From an uncultured Candidatus Poseidoniales archaeon (GTDB lineage: Archaea; Thermoplasmatota; Poseidoniia; Poseidoniales; Poseidoniaceae), in contig CAXEMN010000004.1 of the NCBI GenBank assembly GCA_963997415.1, positions 2,969 through 66,968 on the forward strand: DNA of 64,000 bases. The letters are read 5' to 3'. The notes beneath the pieces are model-generated. The model worked only from the letters and a program-made list of their open reading frames with translations, was not told where the DNA came from and did no database searches. The translations under genes were made by a program, and so were the position numbers. Within the stretch, counting starts at the first letter, position 1. Every line of letters starts with the position of its first letter. This document shows positions 28,614 through 38,762 of the stretch, in pieces.

Positions 28614-28760
28614 AGAACAGGCTGCGGGCTTTCGTGCGGATTGGTTGAGTCTATACACTCCCTTGACCTCCATGGAGATGAACAAAGATGCCGACAGGAC
28701 TTAAACAATACCGTGAGGAATTTTGAACAATCCACTTCACTCGAGAAAATGGTACTTTCT

Positions 28761-30170
28761 TCATGCTGGGTTGATTCGTAAGCCCTGCATCATCAACACA
28801 TCTGGAAGGTGCATACTTCCAGAGGAATAGGAGCCCTGGACTTGAACATCGTCGCCCAGTCGAACATCACTAGAGAGGGCCTTTGCGAGATTTCCAGACA
28901 AGCCTGCTTGCTTCACCGGACCTAGGATCTCACCTTCGGATACTCGGAGGATGGTGCTGGTCGTGACCGAAAAATCGCCACTCGTTGGATTTGCAGTGTG
29001 GGCGCCCATGACGCTATGCACGATGTAGCCGTCTTGCATTTGTTCCAACAGTGCATCTTGTGAATGACCACCATTTTTCGAAACCATTGTGAAATCACTG
29101 CATCCAGTTCCTGGTGGAGATTGATGGCCGCCACGGACCGCACAACCTGTGGTCTCAGCATGATCAATCCGTCCCTCTGCGACCTGTTGAGCAGCGTCTC
29201 GAGTGGACCACATCGATCCAATCAGGCGCCCATCTTCAACCAAGGTTTGACGGCGGCTTGCTACGCCCTCGCCGTCACGAGAACTGGCTGATTTACCGCC
29301 TTCCATGCGCCCATCATCAATCAGTGAAAGATCGGTAGCAAGGACGACTTCACCTTGTTTTCCTGACCAAAAAGATTCGTTGCGTACCAAACGGTCGCCG
29401 CGTAAGGCGGTTGGCACCACCATTGAGAATAATGGTGAGAACCCTTTGCTGGTCATCAACACCGGCGTATCTTGTGGCTCACTGTTGACCTCAATTGGTC
29501 CTCGAGTCACTTGGGCCCAATGAACTGCACTAGCGATGCAAGGTGGTACTTGAGCAAGCAATTGCCTTCCAGAATCCCCCTCGTAAGAACTGGTGAGTTC
29601 GTCATCAGCATCGATTGAAACTTGGACGCCAAGGCCATGCGATGTTGTAATCCCGGACGATTCGATGCCCTCGCTGGAGAGAATTGCTGAGGCCGTTGCA
29701 CCAACACCAAGGCCACCACCGGTCACGACGGCTCGCTGATCAAGGGAAGCGACTTCACTGAGGACTGCATCAGCTTGCTCAAGCAAATCCTCAGGGCCAA
29801 GATCGAGGATACGACGATCGCAGAGGCCGTTCACTGGATCTGCTTCATCGGCGCTTGGAAGAACAAAACCTTTGATGGCTGGAGAGGCACGGGCAACATC
29901 GAGCGCTTGCTGAATTGCAGGGGTTGCAGAGGTTGCATCCACGAGGTAAGCATAGCCGAATCGCCCATCTTCGACAACCCGGATGCCATAGCCCCCTTCA
30001 CCGCCACCAGCGGCAAGAGATACCTTTCCCGCTTCGATGTCAAGTTGATGACCATAGGATTGGAAAGCGACAACCTCCCATTGAGCAATGCCTTCTTTCT
30101 TGCATAGATCACCGATGAGTTTGCACCCTTCACTGATGCGATCAACTGCGTCATCTGGTAGCATCTTCAC
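28761..30170 (-). CDS. pmbA: TldE/PmbA family protein
   Basis: GYGIRVVEDGRFGYAY; RDGEG...LVEDG; GAHTANPTSGDFS; lacks HExxxH; GTGA overlap with tldD. Confidence 0.9.
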   Translation of the reverse strand: MKMLPDDAVDRISEGCKLIGDLCKKEGIAQWEVVAFQSYGHQLDIEAGKVSLAAGGGEGGYGIRVVEDGRFGYAYLVDATSATPAIQQALDVARASPAIKGFVLPSADEADPVNGLCDRRILDLGPEDLLEQADAVLSEVASLDQRAVVTGGGLGVGATASAILSSEGIESSGITTSHGLGVQVSIDADDELTSSYEGDSGRQLLAQVPPCIASAVHWAQVTRGPIEVNSEPQDTPVLMTSKGFSPLFSMVVPTALRGDRLVRNESFWSGKQGEVVLATDLSLIDDGRMEGGKSASSRDGEGVASRRQTLVEDGRLIGSMWSTRDAAQQVAEGRIDHAETTGCAVRGGHQSPPGTGCSDFTMVSKNGGHSQDALLEQMQDGYIVHSVMGAHTANPTSGDFSVTTSTILRVSEGEILGPVKQAGLSGNLAKALSSDVRLGDDVQVQGSYSSGSMHLPDVLMMQGLRINPA

Positions 30171-31609
30171 CCCACCAAAGCTTCTGAGATTCGCATAATT
30201 GGACCACCATCGCCAACTGGAACAGTCTGGCCTTTTCCGCAAAATCCAGGGGCAGCAAGCCTTGCATCTTGCGTGAGACCATCAACATCCTTCAGAATTT
30301 GTAAGGTGAGACCGCTAACACTCACATCCTTGAGTGGTTTTGTGAGTTCACCATTTTCGATCAACCATGCTTCTTGTGCTGCGAATTGGAACGAACCGCG
30401 TCCGGTGTCGACTTGGCCTCCACGAGACCCGCATGCGTACACACCGTAACTTATGTCCTCAATCAATTCATCCAAATCATTGTGCGTTCCACCTTGAATC
30501 AAAGTGTTTGACATTCGCACCAAGGGGTGATGCAATCCATCTTGGGCACGCGCTCCTGCGTTTGGAGTGATGCCGAAATGGTGAGCGGTCTCTCTATGAT
30601 TGAGGTATTCAGTGAGGACACCGTTCTTGATCAGACATTTTTCACGTGTATCAAGTCCTTCGTCATCGATTGGATGGGCGCCATAGCCCCCGCGCATTGT
30701 AGGATCATCGACCACAGTAACAATGCTGTTGCCGATCGCCTGACCGAGTTTACCGTCGAGGCATGAGTCTCCAGCAGCAACTAAGTCTGCTTCACAAGGA
30801 TGCCCCAGTGCTTCGTGGATGTAGACACCGGTGAGGTCACGGTCAGCCACAAGAGGAAGTTTACCTGAGGGTGCTCGTTCGGCTTTCAAAAGACGAAGGG
30901 TTGCGATTTGTGCACTTCGTCCAAGTTCGCCAAGGTCACAAGATTCAATCACTTCGAGTCCGCCTTCCCCTCCATGTCTTGTTCTATAGGAAACAACATC
31001 GCCACCATCTCGGCCTGTGACTGTGGCATTGATCAGCGAGCGTTGGAATGACCATGTACGATTCATACCTTCTGAAGTCATCAATTCGGTGTGAAGGTGC
31101 TCATCATGCCACCCACACGTGACCGAAACAATTCGATCGTCTTCGGCTGCACTGTCATGCAAGGTCATCAGGTGGTGAAGTTTCGTGTCAAGATCTGTAT
31201 TTCGCACATCTTTCTTTGGCCTCCAGTGCACTTCATCATCAAAAATTGGAACCTCTGCAAGTGCCACTGGTCGGTCTTTGGACGCCCTACGAGCAGCAAC
31301 TGCCTTGGCGAGTTTCACCGTTGATTCTACTTGACCGGGAAGCGAGAGGATGTCTGTAGTTGAATGCACACCCCAGGCCCCATCTGCGAGAATGCGCATT
31401 GTGACACCGATGTCTTGGCCTGGAATCGCTCGTTCAAGTTTACCATCACGAACGGCTACTGTTGAATCAGTGATGGCCATTAAACGGACTTCTGCATACG
31501 ATGCTCCGAGGTCTTGTGCATGGTCAAGAGCAGCTTGGATTTTCGTTTGTTGGAGGTAGCGACCTGTGCCAAAGGAACGGTCGTCATTGGGGCTTGCGCT
31601 CATCACCAT
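30167..31609 (-). CDS. tldD: TldD metalloprotease
   Basis: IHEALGHPCEAD; DDEG; RMSNT; GGQV; CGKGQTVPVGDGGP. Start uncertain (31603, 31609 or 31660). Confidence 0.93.
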   Translation of the reverse strand: MVMSASPNDDRSFGTGRYLQQTKIQAALDHAQDLGASYAEVRLMAITDSTVAVRDGKLERAIPGQDIGVTMRILADGAWGVHSTTDILSLPGQVESTVKLAKAVAARRASKDRPVALAEVPIFDDEVHWRPKKDVRNTDLDTKLHHLMTLHDSAAEDDRIVSVTCGWHDEHLHTELMTSEGMNRTWSFQRSLINATVTGRDGGDVVSYRTRHGGEGGLEVIESCDLGELGRSAQIATLRLLKAERAPSGKLPLVADRDLTGVYIHEALGHPCEADLVAAGDSCLDGKLGQAIGNSIVTVVDDPTMRGGYGAHPIDDEGLDTREKCLIKNGVLTEYLNHRETAHHFGITPNAGARAQDGLHHPLVRMSNTLIQGGTHNDLDELIEDISYGVYACGSRGGQVDTGRGSFQFAAQEAWLIENGELTKPLKDVSVSGLTLQILKDVDGLTQDARLAAPGFCGKGQTVPVGDGGPIMRISEALVG

Positions 31610-31656
31610 GGAGGTCGGTGCACGCAATAGTGCTTGAACCCTACTCTGATGCGTGC

Positions 31657-32238
31657 TCAAGAATTGAACTCTGAGGACAGAACATGGCCAATCAAGAGAT
31701 CACAGGATACGACTGTATGTTCGTCGACTTGAACACCGAGACGTTTCGATCCTTCAATGTTGCATTCAAGCTCGGTATTTTGGATGTCGACGTCCATTGA
31801 GGAGGCAAGTTGCAAGGCTTGCCGTTCAAGTTGTTCAACCTCCCCAGATGATGGTGTGGCTGGCATTTCTCCTTCTTTGCCAATCAAAGGGAGGACGAGA
31901 AAACAACCAGATTGATCTCCATCTCGAACACCTGCTCGCTTGAATGCTTCCGAGACATGATGTGTACCAGCCATGTAGCGAAGGAACTCTGCGTCGAAAG
32001 AACGGGCCAGTGAGGTACCTCTCTGTTGACGCCGTGCAGCACTGTTCCATGCTGTCCAGAGTTGCATATGGCATTGGGCGATGCCTGGGCCGACCAGAAC
32101 CCAATGTTCTGTTGGTCGATGTTTCAAGAACGCCTTAGTGAACACTCCGGCTTCAACTGGTGAAGTGGAATTCCATGAAAAGTGCGGAAAATCAAATCCA
32201 TCCATGAGGGGGCGAAGGTGCCGGGAATTTTCAATCAT
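31657..32238 (-). CDS. cgi121: KEOPS complex subunit Cgi121
   Basis: LARSFDAEFLRYMAGTHHVSEAFKRAGV matches the Cgi121 'A+sl..E.L.Y.aG..qI..A....G' block; follows hel308. Confidence 0.8.
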   Translation of the reverse strand: MIENSRHLRPLMDGFDFPHFSWNSTSPVEAGVFTKAFLKHRPTEHWVLVGPGIAQCHMQLWTAWNSAARRQQRGTSLARSFDAEFLRYMAGTHHVSEAFKRAGVRDGDQSGCFLVLPLIGKEGEMPATPSSGEVEQLERQALQLASSMDVDIQNTELECNIEGSKRLGVQVDEHTVVSCDLLIGHVLSSEFNS

Positions 32239-34849
32239 CCGATTGCCGTTCGCCTGACAATGGGACATCGTCTTTGTGAATCTGAGGAGACGAGGTTTGT
32301 CCTGCGGCTTGATTCTCTTTTTCAACAACTTTCTCCACTTCAGCCATGATGTTTTGCAACAACACAGGACCCCATCCACGAAGAGCAAGGAGTTCATTTT
32401 TCTGTTTTCTTGACATGCTGAGGACATCTTTAGGCGTTCGAAGCCCTAACTTGGACATCTCACGTGCACGTGATCGTCCAACGTGCTTGATGTTGACGAG
32501 GTTGAGTAAGTCATGCTTACAACCATGCCTAATCCGTTGCCTCAACACATCAATCATGGTTGATAGTTGATCGATTTCGCCGAGATGGTCCTCTGAAAAC
32601 ACATCATCGGTGAGAAGCACCTGACGGGCAGCTGCGAGGAGCCACCCCATGAGGTCGACGCGGTGATTGACATCACCTGGACTCACATCCAGATCAGATT
32701 CAATTTCCCTCATCGTTTCTTCTTCAATCCATTTTTCAAGCATCCAAGCCGATTTGACATAGCCAAGAAGGCGCTCTGCAAGGGTGACGTCGGTCAACAA
32801 TTCATCTTCGATAGCGTTGGCCTTGAGCCAAAGCAGTGAATTTGCTTCCATATCGCTGTTTTTGGCCCATAATGAGCTGAAATCTGGCGTTGTTGTTGCG
32901 AGTTGTAGCAAACTGAATTCTGTGACTGGGCCGTTTTGCCGGACCAATCTTCGAACTGCACGACGCAACCCTGTACGCAGTTGCGACGCTGAAAGTGGGT
33001 CGAGGTACATTTGAGTGACGCGTTCACCCATCATCGTGGCCTCATAGGTCATCCCGTGATGATCAACCCCCGAGGGTTGCTCCCAGCCACCAACTTGCGC
33101 TAAATCTGTAGCTTTTGTAAAACCAAGCGTGGCTTTTGAGAAAGCAGATTCCCCACTCAAGGTTTGAGTTGTCAACGAATTCGAGGGGGCTTGCAAATCG
33201 ACACCGCCCGTGCTTTGAGCAATGGATGCCCAAATTGGCATCTCATCATCCCAATCTTCTTCCAAACCATCTTCTGCAGATTTGTCAGCCCTGCGAGCAA
33301 CATAGTCATCATCGATACCCACGCGCCGAATGAAGCGTTCTTCTACAAGCCAATCGAGCATGCGATCGAGCTGCTCCTTGAGGTAGGTTGGAGAAACTGA
33401 AGCACCCAGGAAGGTCGCCTGGAAAAAGTCGCCAAGCTCACCACGATGACGGAAACCCCCAGCAGCGATGGCGGCTAAAAGATGGGTGCGAAGGGCAGGT
33501 TCGCTCGAGAGTTTTGACGAGATTGATTCAACCGGTCCGAAGAAATACCTTTGACTGACATCATCCGCAATCGCCCAACCATCAGTCCCTTTGCAAAGGA
33601 CCCATGCTTCCCCGAAGGCATCGTATTTTGGGCGTCCAGCTCGCCCAAGCATCTGCCGAACCTCCATGACAGGAAGAGGGCGACTCATCCCGTCATCCCA
33701 CCGCTTCAAATCCCTTACGAGGACCCGACGTGCTGGTAAATTCACTCCCGCAGCAAGCGTAGGTGTGGCTGTTAAACCAACCAGTAAACCTTCTTTGAAC
33801 GCACCCTCAATGGCTTTTCTTTGACCGTGTGTCAACCCTGCGTGATGGAAAGCAACACCTCCTCGAATAGCTGTTGCTAGCCGCTCAGCCATCGCTGTTT
33901 GTTGTCGGCCTTCCAAACTGTCCGCAAAGACGCCAAGGCGTTTGACCCGGTCTGGATCGTCCTTAGTGAGTCGTTTTAAGACTCGCTTCGAGAGTTTCAA
34001 CGCTTCAGATTGAGCACTGCGTCGCGTACCTACAAACACCAGGACCTGCCCATCCTGATCGATGGTGTCGTTCACCACAACCCAAGTTGGGTGGGATTTG
34101 GGACCCTCAAGGTCTCGCGGAGGTTGCAGGGCATCCCCATCTGAAGACATCGCCGAGGATTGGACAAGACGAGGTTCGAGATGAAGATCGTGGAATGTAC
34201 TGTATTCCAAAGCCACGGGTCGCCAATCGGAAAGAATCAATGTTGCGTCAAGCCAATTGGCTAATTCTTGACAATTACCAACTGTGGCTGAAAGCGCAAT
34301 GATTTGCGCTTTTGGCCGAAGGTGGCGCAGTCGGGTCAAATTGATTTCAAGAGTTGGCCCACGGGTTGAATCATTCATCAGATGGAATTCATCTGCAACA
34401 ACAATTGAAACGTTAGCCATAATTTCCGAACGGTTTCTCATCAAGGAATCTAATTTTTCCGACGTACAGACCAAAACATCACATTCGTCAATTTTCTTTG
34501 CCTCGGCCGAAGCATCACCAATGCCCAAGCCCACAGTTAATCCCACAGCAGAACAGAGTTCGGACAAGTCGTCGAATTTTTCACTCGCAAGCGCTTTCAA
34601 CGGTACTATGTAGACCGCTTTTGAACCCGGTTCCTCTACTAAAATTCGCTTCATTATTCCAATGTAAGCAACTAATGACTTACCGCTTGCCGTGGGAATA
34701 GCCAACAATGTGTTGTCCCCACCAAGCACGCTTGACATCGCTTCGAATTGAGGAGGGTGAAGCGTGGAAATACCCCATGAGGTCGTCAAGAATTGCTTGA
34801 CGTTTTCTGGCAAATCCAGCCGAGAAACCGCTCGCTTCGCCCCCTCCAT
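32231..34849 (-). CDS. hel308: Ski2-like helicase Hel308/Hjm
   Basis: PTASGKS; PLKALASEK; DEFH; LSAT; FHHAGL; TPTLAAGVNLPAR; QMLGRAGRP; C-terminal HhH 'VGRSRAR'. Confidence 0.95.
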   Translation of the reverse strand: MEGAKRAVSRLDLPENVKQFLTTSWGISTLHPPQFEAMSSVLGGDNTLLAIPTASGKSLVAYIGIMKRILVEEPGSKAVYIVPLKALASEKFDDLSELCSAVGLTVGLGIGDASAEAKKIDECDVLVCTSEKLDSLMRNRSEIMANVSIVVADEFHLMNDSTRGPTLEINLTRLRHLRPKAQIIALSATVGNCQELANWLDATLILSDWRPVALEYSTFHDLHLEPRLVQSSAMSSDGDALQPPRDLEGPKSHPTWVVVNDTIDQDGQVLVFVGTRRSAQSEALKLSKRVLKRLTKDDPDRVKRLGVFADSLEGRQQTAMAERLATAIRGGVAFHHAGLTHGQRKAIEGAFKEGLLVGLTATPTLAAGVNLPARRVLVRDLKRWDDGMSRPLPVMEVRQMLGRAGRPKYDAFGEAWVLCKGTDGWAIADDVSQRYFFGPVESISSKLSSEPALRTHLLAAIAAGGFRHRGELGDFFQATFLGASVSPTYLKEQLDRMLDWLVEERFIRRVGIDDDYVARRADKSAEDGLEEDWDDEMPIWASIAQSTGGVDLQAPSNSLTTQTLSGESAFSKATLGFTKATDLAQVGGWEQPSGVDHHGMTYEATMMGERVTQMYLDPLSASQLRTGLRRAVRRLVRQNGPVTEFSLLQLATTTPDFSSLWAKNSDMEANSLLWLKANAIEDELLTDVTLAERLLGYVKSAWMLEKWIEEETMREIESDLDVSPGDVNHRVDLMGWLLAAARQVLLTDDVFSEDHLGEIDQLSTMIDVLRQRIRHGCKHDLLNLVNIKHVGRSRAREMSKLGLRTPKDVLSMSRKQKNELLALRGWGPVLLQNIMAEVEKVVEKENQAAGQTSSPQIHKDDVPLSGERQSDD

Positions 34850-34940
34850 AGAATCGCTTCTGCGTCAACAGTCCAAAAGGACAACGCTTAATCTGGTTCA
34901 ATCCGACAGCGCTAAGACCTGCCTACATGTGTCAAGATGC

Positions 34941-35552
34941 ATGAGCGACGATGTAGAGACCATGGTTGACGAGCGACTCTCTGTTTTTGACGATGAACCA
35001 GATTTGAACGATTGGGTCGAAGTCATGTGTGGGGCTGCCATGGTTGTCCTTGGTATGTTTCACCTGATTCAACCTGGTGAACTGGTCAATCCTGATGTCA
35101 TGCGTTGGTTCGCTGCTGCTGTCGTTGCAGCTGGCGGCGTGTGGGCTGGTCATGGATTGAAAGACATGGCTGTCAAAGAGATTCGACGTTCCATCGCTAT
35201 CCTCGAAATGTCAGAAGCCGAAACTGGACCAGATCATGGATTGATTCGTGATGTTCTGCTCAACCCAGGAGCGTACAGCGAATTTCTTCTTGAATCCTAT
35301 GCTGCTGCCTGGGAAGATGGTATCATCACTGAAGAAGAACTGAAGGAATTGCGTTCCTTCCAAGAAATCTTGGGCATCACAGATGAAGACGCTGCGAAGA
35401 TGAACCTTGAGGCTGCGATCTCCTCTGCTGCAAAAGATGGAGAGATCACAGAGCAAGAAGAAGAGCAAATCAAGAAGGCTGCAAAGGAAGCAAAAGAGGA
35501 TGCTGATGCTGTGGTCGAAGACGTCAAGAAGAAGACGAAGAAAAAGAAGTGA
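34941..35552 (+). CDS. Hypothetical two-TM protein with a TerB-like 'DG.I...E' C-terminal domain
   Basis: Two hydrophobic helices, then AWEDGIITEEELKEL and AAKDGEITEQEEEQI; Lys-rich tail. Confidence 0.7.
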   Translation: MSDDVETMVDERLSVFDDEPDLNDWVEVMCGAAMVVLGMFHLIQPGELVNPDVMRWFAAAVVAAGGVWAGHGLKDMAVKEIRRSIAILEMSEAETGPDHGLIRDVLLNPGAYSEFLLESYAAAWEDGIITEEELKELRSFQEILGITDEDAAKMNLEAAISSAAKDGEITEQEEEQIKKAAKEAKEDADAVVEDVKKKTKKKK

Positions 35553-35559
35553 ACTGGCT

Positions 35560-37608
35560 TTAGGACCACTTTTCCGAGGACTCAAACATTGATTGAGCGA
35601 GGTCTCTGGCCTTCTTTCTTCTCGTGTACTCGATTCGGGCAGAAAGCGAAAGGAAGACAAAACCAAGCATTGCGAATGGTGTGGCCATGGGAATCAGTCC
35701 TGATGCGTTTCGTAGCCCCAACCCCTTTGGAACATCCCTCGCATCAAACCCGTCCGAAGGGGTGAACCGTACATCGAGAAGATCGAGATCGCAGTCACAA
35801 AGTGTCACGGAAATTTGGTCGGGAAAAAGTGAGGATTGAAGCAGGACCCAGTCATTATTCGAAATTGTGGATGGCCGAGTGCCCCATGCAGGCACACTCA
35901 CCGAACCTGTCGCTGGAGCAGTCACCATTTCTACATCAAGATGGAAGACGGTGGAAGTGGGCCTCTCATCGACAACCAGAAGACCCTCAAGCATCAGTAG
36001 ATCGAGTAACAATGAACGCCCGGCGAGAAGGATGAATCGGACCGTCTGATCTTCCAGAAGCCCTTGGTCCGTGGTTTGTACACCTCCTCGTGCAACCTGA
36101 CCGAAAATAGCCTCATCAAGCCTCAAATCTTCAAGTTCTGGAACAACAAGTTGCCATCTCCCGTCCTCCATTGGCCGAACCTCATCAACTTCCAAACGTA
36201 GTTGTAACCGCTCACCATCGAGCATACCCCACGTCGCTCCGGTCTGCTTGACCAGCACCTGTTCAGGCACACCAGGATAGGATACATCCCACAATTGTTG
36301 TAATCGGTATTCCACGAGTTCATCAAGGGAATATTCCTCATCCAGTTGAACCTCATCAGCCCCCGCCCATAATGGATGGAATACGCCTCCAAGAAGCATC
36401 AAAACAACCCCCGGGGCGAACAGACCAAAACGAAGTGAAGTGGATGTTGAATGGCGAAGGCCATCAACACAGAACAAGATCAAAACAAAGAGACAGAGAA
36501 TAAGAAATCCATAGGTGGTGGTCTCGAGTTGAACAGCACCGTTTTCATCACCGAGTGAAGCGGCACCCACTGGATAAAATGAGGTGCCTGAAAAACCACT
36601 GGGGTCAAGGGGTCCAAGGCCTTCGTAAGCCAATTGTCCCGTCCAAGTGTAGGGTTGAAACTTCTCTGCTACACCCCCGAGACATAACGTGTAATCGCCA
36701 AGTGGTAAGGCTCGCCAACGGTAGGTGATTCTGGTCTCAGTCCCATCTTCTGAAACAATCACCTCAGGCGCTGGAGCTTCTCTGCCATTGGGCATGAATA
36801 AATTTGGCAATTGATGTGGTTGTTCGATTTCTATGGGTACCGCCTCCCATATGACAAAGACGCTCAAGACTTCATGCTGTTCAACTTCAAAAGCCCAACA
36901 GTCCCGGTCATTTTCCACAAGTGCACCCTTATGGGAAGTTTCGAACTCAGTCGATTGTGGTTCAAGGTCGCTTGAAGGTTCATCAGAGTTTCTCGATTCA
37001 ATATCTTCCGACCATTCGATGTCGATTTGGAAAAAGGAATTTCCACGCATGTGTAATTCCCAAGTTCCAGGGCGATCGAGGACAAAGGTGAGCCGCAAAC
37101 GAACCACATCTTCCGGCCACAGTACCCGATTACCGTTCAGATTCAATGGTTCATCTTCGAGAATGTAGGGTTCATTCACAGATTGTCCTGGAATGGGTTG
37201 GGCATCAAATTCCCAGTCTGTAACCGATTGACCAAGAATCAGTGATACGTCGAGTTCGGGCCTTGCAGCCCCTGTTGCATCTCCTGAAAACCGAAAGTCA
37301 ATCTCCATTGATGTAAGCACCGAGGGCAATAAAGCAAGTTGATTTTGCTCTGGATCCATATCAAATTCAAACGTTAGACTGCGTGGTTGGGCGGGTGATG
37401 CAAATACGGTATCGGAAAGGACCTCTTCACCTATCGGAGTTGGTGTCAAAAGGCATTCATCATCTTCCACGCAGGAGAGATAGACATCGGATTGTGCTGT
37501 GGTTAACGAAGCACTTACTGATACAAATGGCACCAAAAGTATGGTCGCCATCAGCCCTGCGAGAAGTATCGCAGTGGTACGAGTATTCCCCCGCACCACA
37601 GCTTCCAT
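35560..37608 (-). CDS. Hypothetical acidic multi-TM surface protein
   Basis: Signal peptide, beta-sandwich-like acidic ectodomain, two internal TM helices and one C-terminal TM helix. Confidence 0.75.
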   Translation of the reverse strand: MEAVVRGNTRTTAILLAGLMATILLVPFVSVSASLTTAQSDVYLSCVEDDECLLTPTPIGEEVLSDTVFASPAQPRSLTFEFDMDPEQNQLALLPSVLTSMEIDFRFSGDATGAARPELDVSLILGQSVTDWEFDAQPIPGQSVNEPYILEDEPLNLNGNRVLWPEDVVRLRLTFVLDRPGTWELHMRGNSFFQIDIEWSEDIESRNSDEPSSDLEPQSTEFETSHKGALVENDRDCWAFEVEQHEVLSVFVIWEAVPIEIEQPHQLPNLFMPNGREAPAPEVIVSEDGTETRITYRWRALPLGDYTLCLGGVAEKFQPYTWTGQLAYEGLGPLDPSGFSGTSFYPVGAASLGDENGAVQLETTTYGFLILCLFVLILFCVDGLRHSTSTSLRFGLFAPGVVLMLLGGVFHPLWAGADEVQLDEEYSLDELVEYRLQQLWDVSYPGVPEQVLVKQTGATWGMLDGERLQLRLEVDEVRPMEDGRWQLVVPELEDLRLDEAIFGQVARGGVQTTDQGLLEDQTVRFILLAGRSLLLDLLMLEGLLVVDERPTSTVFHLDVEMVTAPATGSVSVPAWGTRPSTISNNDWVLLQSSLFPDQISVTLCDCDLDLLDVRFTPSDGFDARDVPKGLGLRNASGLIPMATPFAMLGFVFLSLSARIEYTRRKKARDLAQSMFESSEKWS

Positions 37609-37654
37609 GCCACCCCGACAAGGGCCTCCCGCATCAATTCAATGGTGGTTCTGC

Positions 37655-38212
37655 TCAAACCTTGTCAGGATTGATTCGATCGGTCAAAACGGTCGAACAC
37701 ACTCTGCATTTGTATCGGCCGCGAGAACGTTTCTGTCGGGGATAGGTTGTGTCGCAAGTGGCGCAAACCCAAAGCCAATCCGCTCGACTTCGCCTCATCA
37801 ATTCGGTGAACTCACGTGCATGTTTTGATGCTCTTCGTCCAGGCCAAGCAGACTCCAACGCCCTGAAGGTGGAATCATGTGCTCTAAATCCGAGAGCATG
37901 GATGTATTCATGATGGAGGACAAATGCGCCATAGGGTCGCCATTCTTCATCCAAGAGGCGTGGATGCAAATCGATCACATCCACATCTGAAACGCGCATT
38001 TGATTGAGATTGACCCCCCGTTTCCAGCGGGTCACGCCATGACGCTGTGTAGCGTTTTTGCGGAGAACCCCAAGAGGAATGTCCCGAAGTTCCTCAATTG
38101 GAGCGTCAGCCCATACTGGCATATCCAGCATGATGTCGACAACAGCATCTCTGAGTTCTTTCAGGTTGGCCTTCGCTTCAATGCTTGGCCGCACCAAACC
38201 GCTCAACTCCAT
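37655..38212 (-). CDS. SprT-like zinc metalloprotease with C-terminal zinc ribbon
   Basis: VLHHEYIHALG...HDSTFR; CATC...CRVC. Confidence 0.8.
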   Translation of the reverse strand: MELSGLVRPSIEAKANLKELRDAVVDIMLDMPVWADAPIEELRDIPLGVLRKNATQRHGVTRWKRGVNLNQMRVSDVDVIDLHPRLLDEEWRPYGAFVLHHEYIHALGFRAHDSTFRALESAWPGRRASKHAREFTELMRRSRADWLWVCATCDTTYPRQKRSRGRYKCRVCSTVLTDRINPDKV

Positions 38213-38670
38213 CGGTGGTAAGCGGGATGGCCTTCCTTCACAGCAACGAATAGCCCTTTGCCTGTGGCGCAAACTTTTCCATCTGCCTCCAGAAGCAACT
38301 CGACCTGTACCTTGCTTCCTTCGATAGAAATCACTTGACTTGTGATATGCAAAGCTGTGTCTTTGGGTGTCGGCCTCCGGAGCTGAACGGAGTAAGAGGC
38401 AGTCACGGTGCAGGGTGGCTCATCTGCGCCATCACGGTCCATCAGAGCTACCGCTGCTGTCCAGTTCCCATGGCAATCGAGCAATGTTCCGATGATCCCT
38501 CCATTCACCATGCCTGGAAATGCTTGGTGATGTGGCTCCGGGGTGTATTCCATACGCAGGCCATTCTCAATGCGATGGCTATCAATTCTGAGGCCTTTCT
38601 CATTGGCAGGCCCACAACCAAAACAGATGGATGAGGGAGCGTACTGTTGTTGCACTCCGGGTTGGCTCAT
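38203..38670 (-). CDS. PaaI-family hotdog-fold thioesterase
   Basis: CFGCGPANEKGL; HQAFPGMVNGGIIGTLLD; CVTA...LRRPTP. Confidence 0.88.
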   Translation of the reverse strand: MSQPGVQQQYAPSSICFGCGPANEKGLRIDSHRIENGLRMEYTPEPHHQAFPGMVNGGIIGTLLDCHGNWTAAVALMDRDGADEPPCTVTASYSVQLRRPTPKDTALHITSQVISIEGSKVQVELLLEADGKVCATGKGLFVAVKEGHPAYHRWS

Positions 38671-38762
38671 GGTTGACGGTGAGGGCCAAAGCACTTCTTT
38701 TCTTTGCTCTTATCGAGTGAAACAAACGCAGTGTTCATGGGGGGTGCGGTCGTGAGAGAAGC

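Noticed and set aside
33051..33317. Intein in Hel308
   Set aside because: No C/S start, no HN-C/S/T end and no LAGLIDADG motifs.
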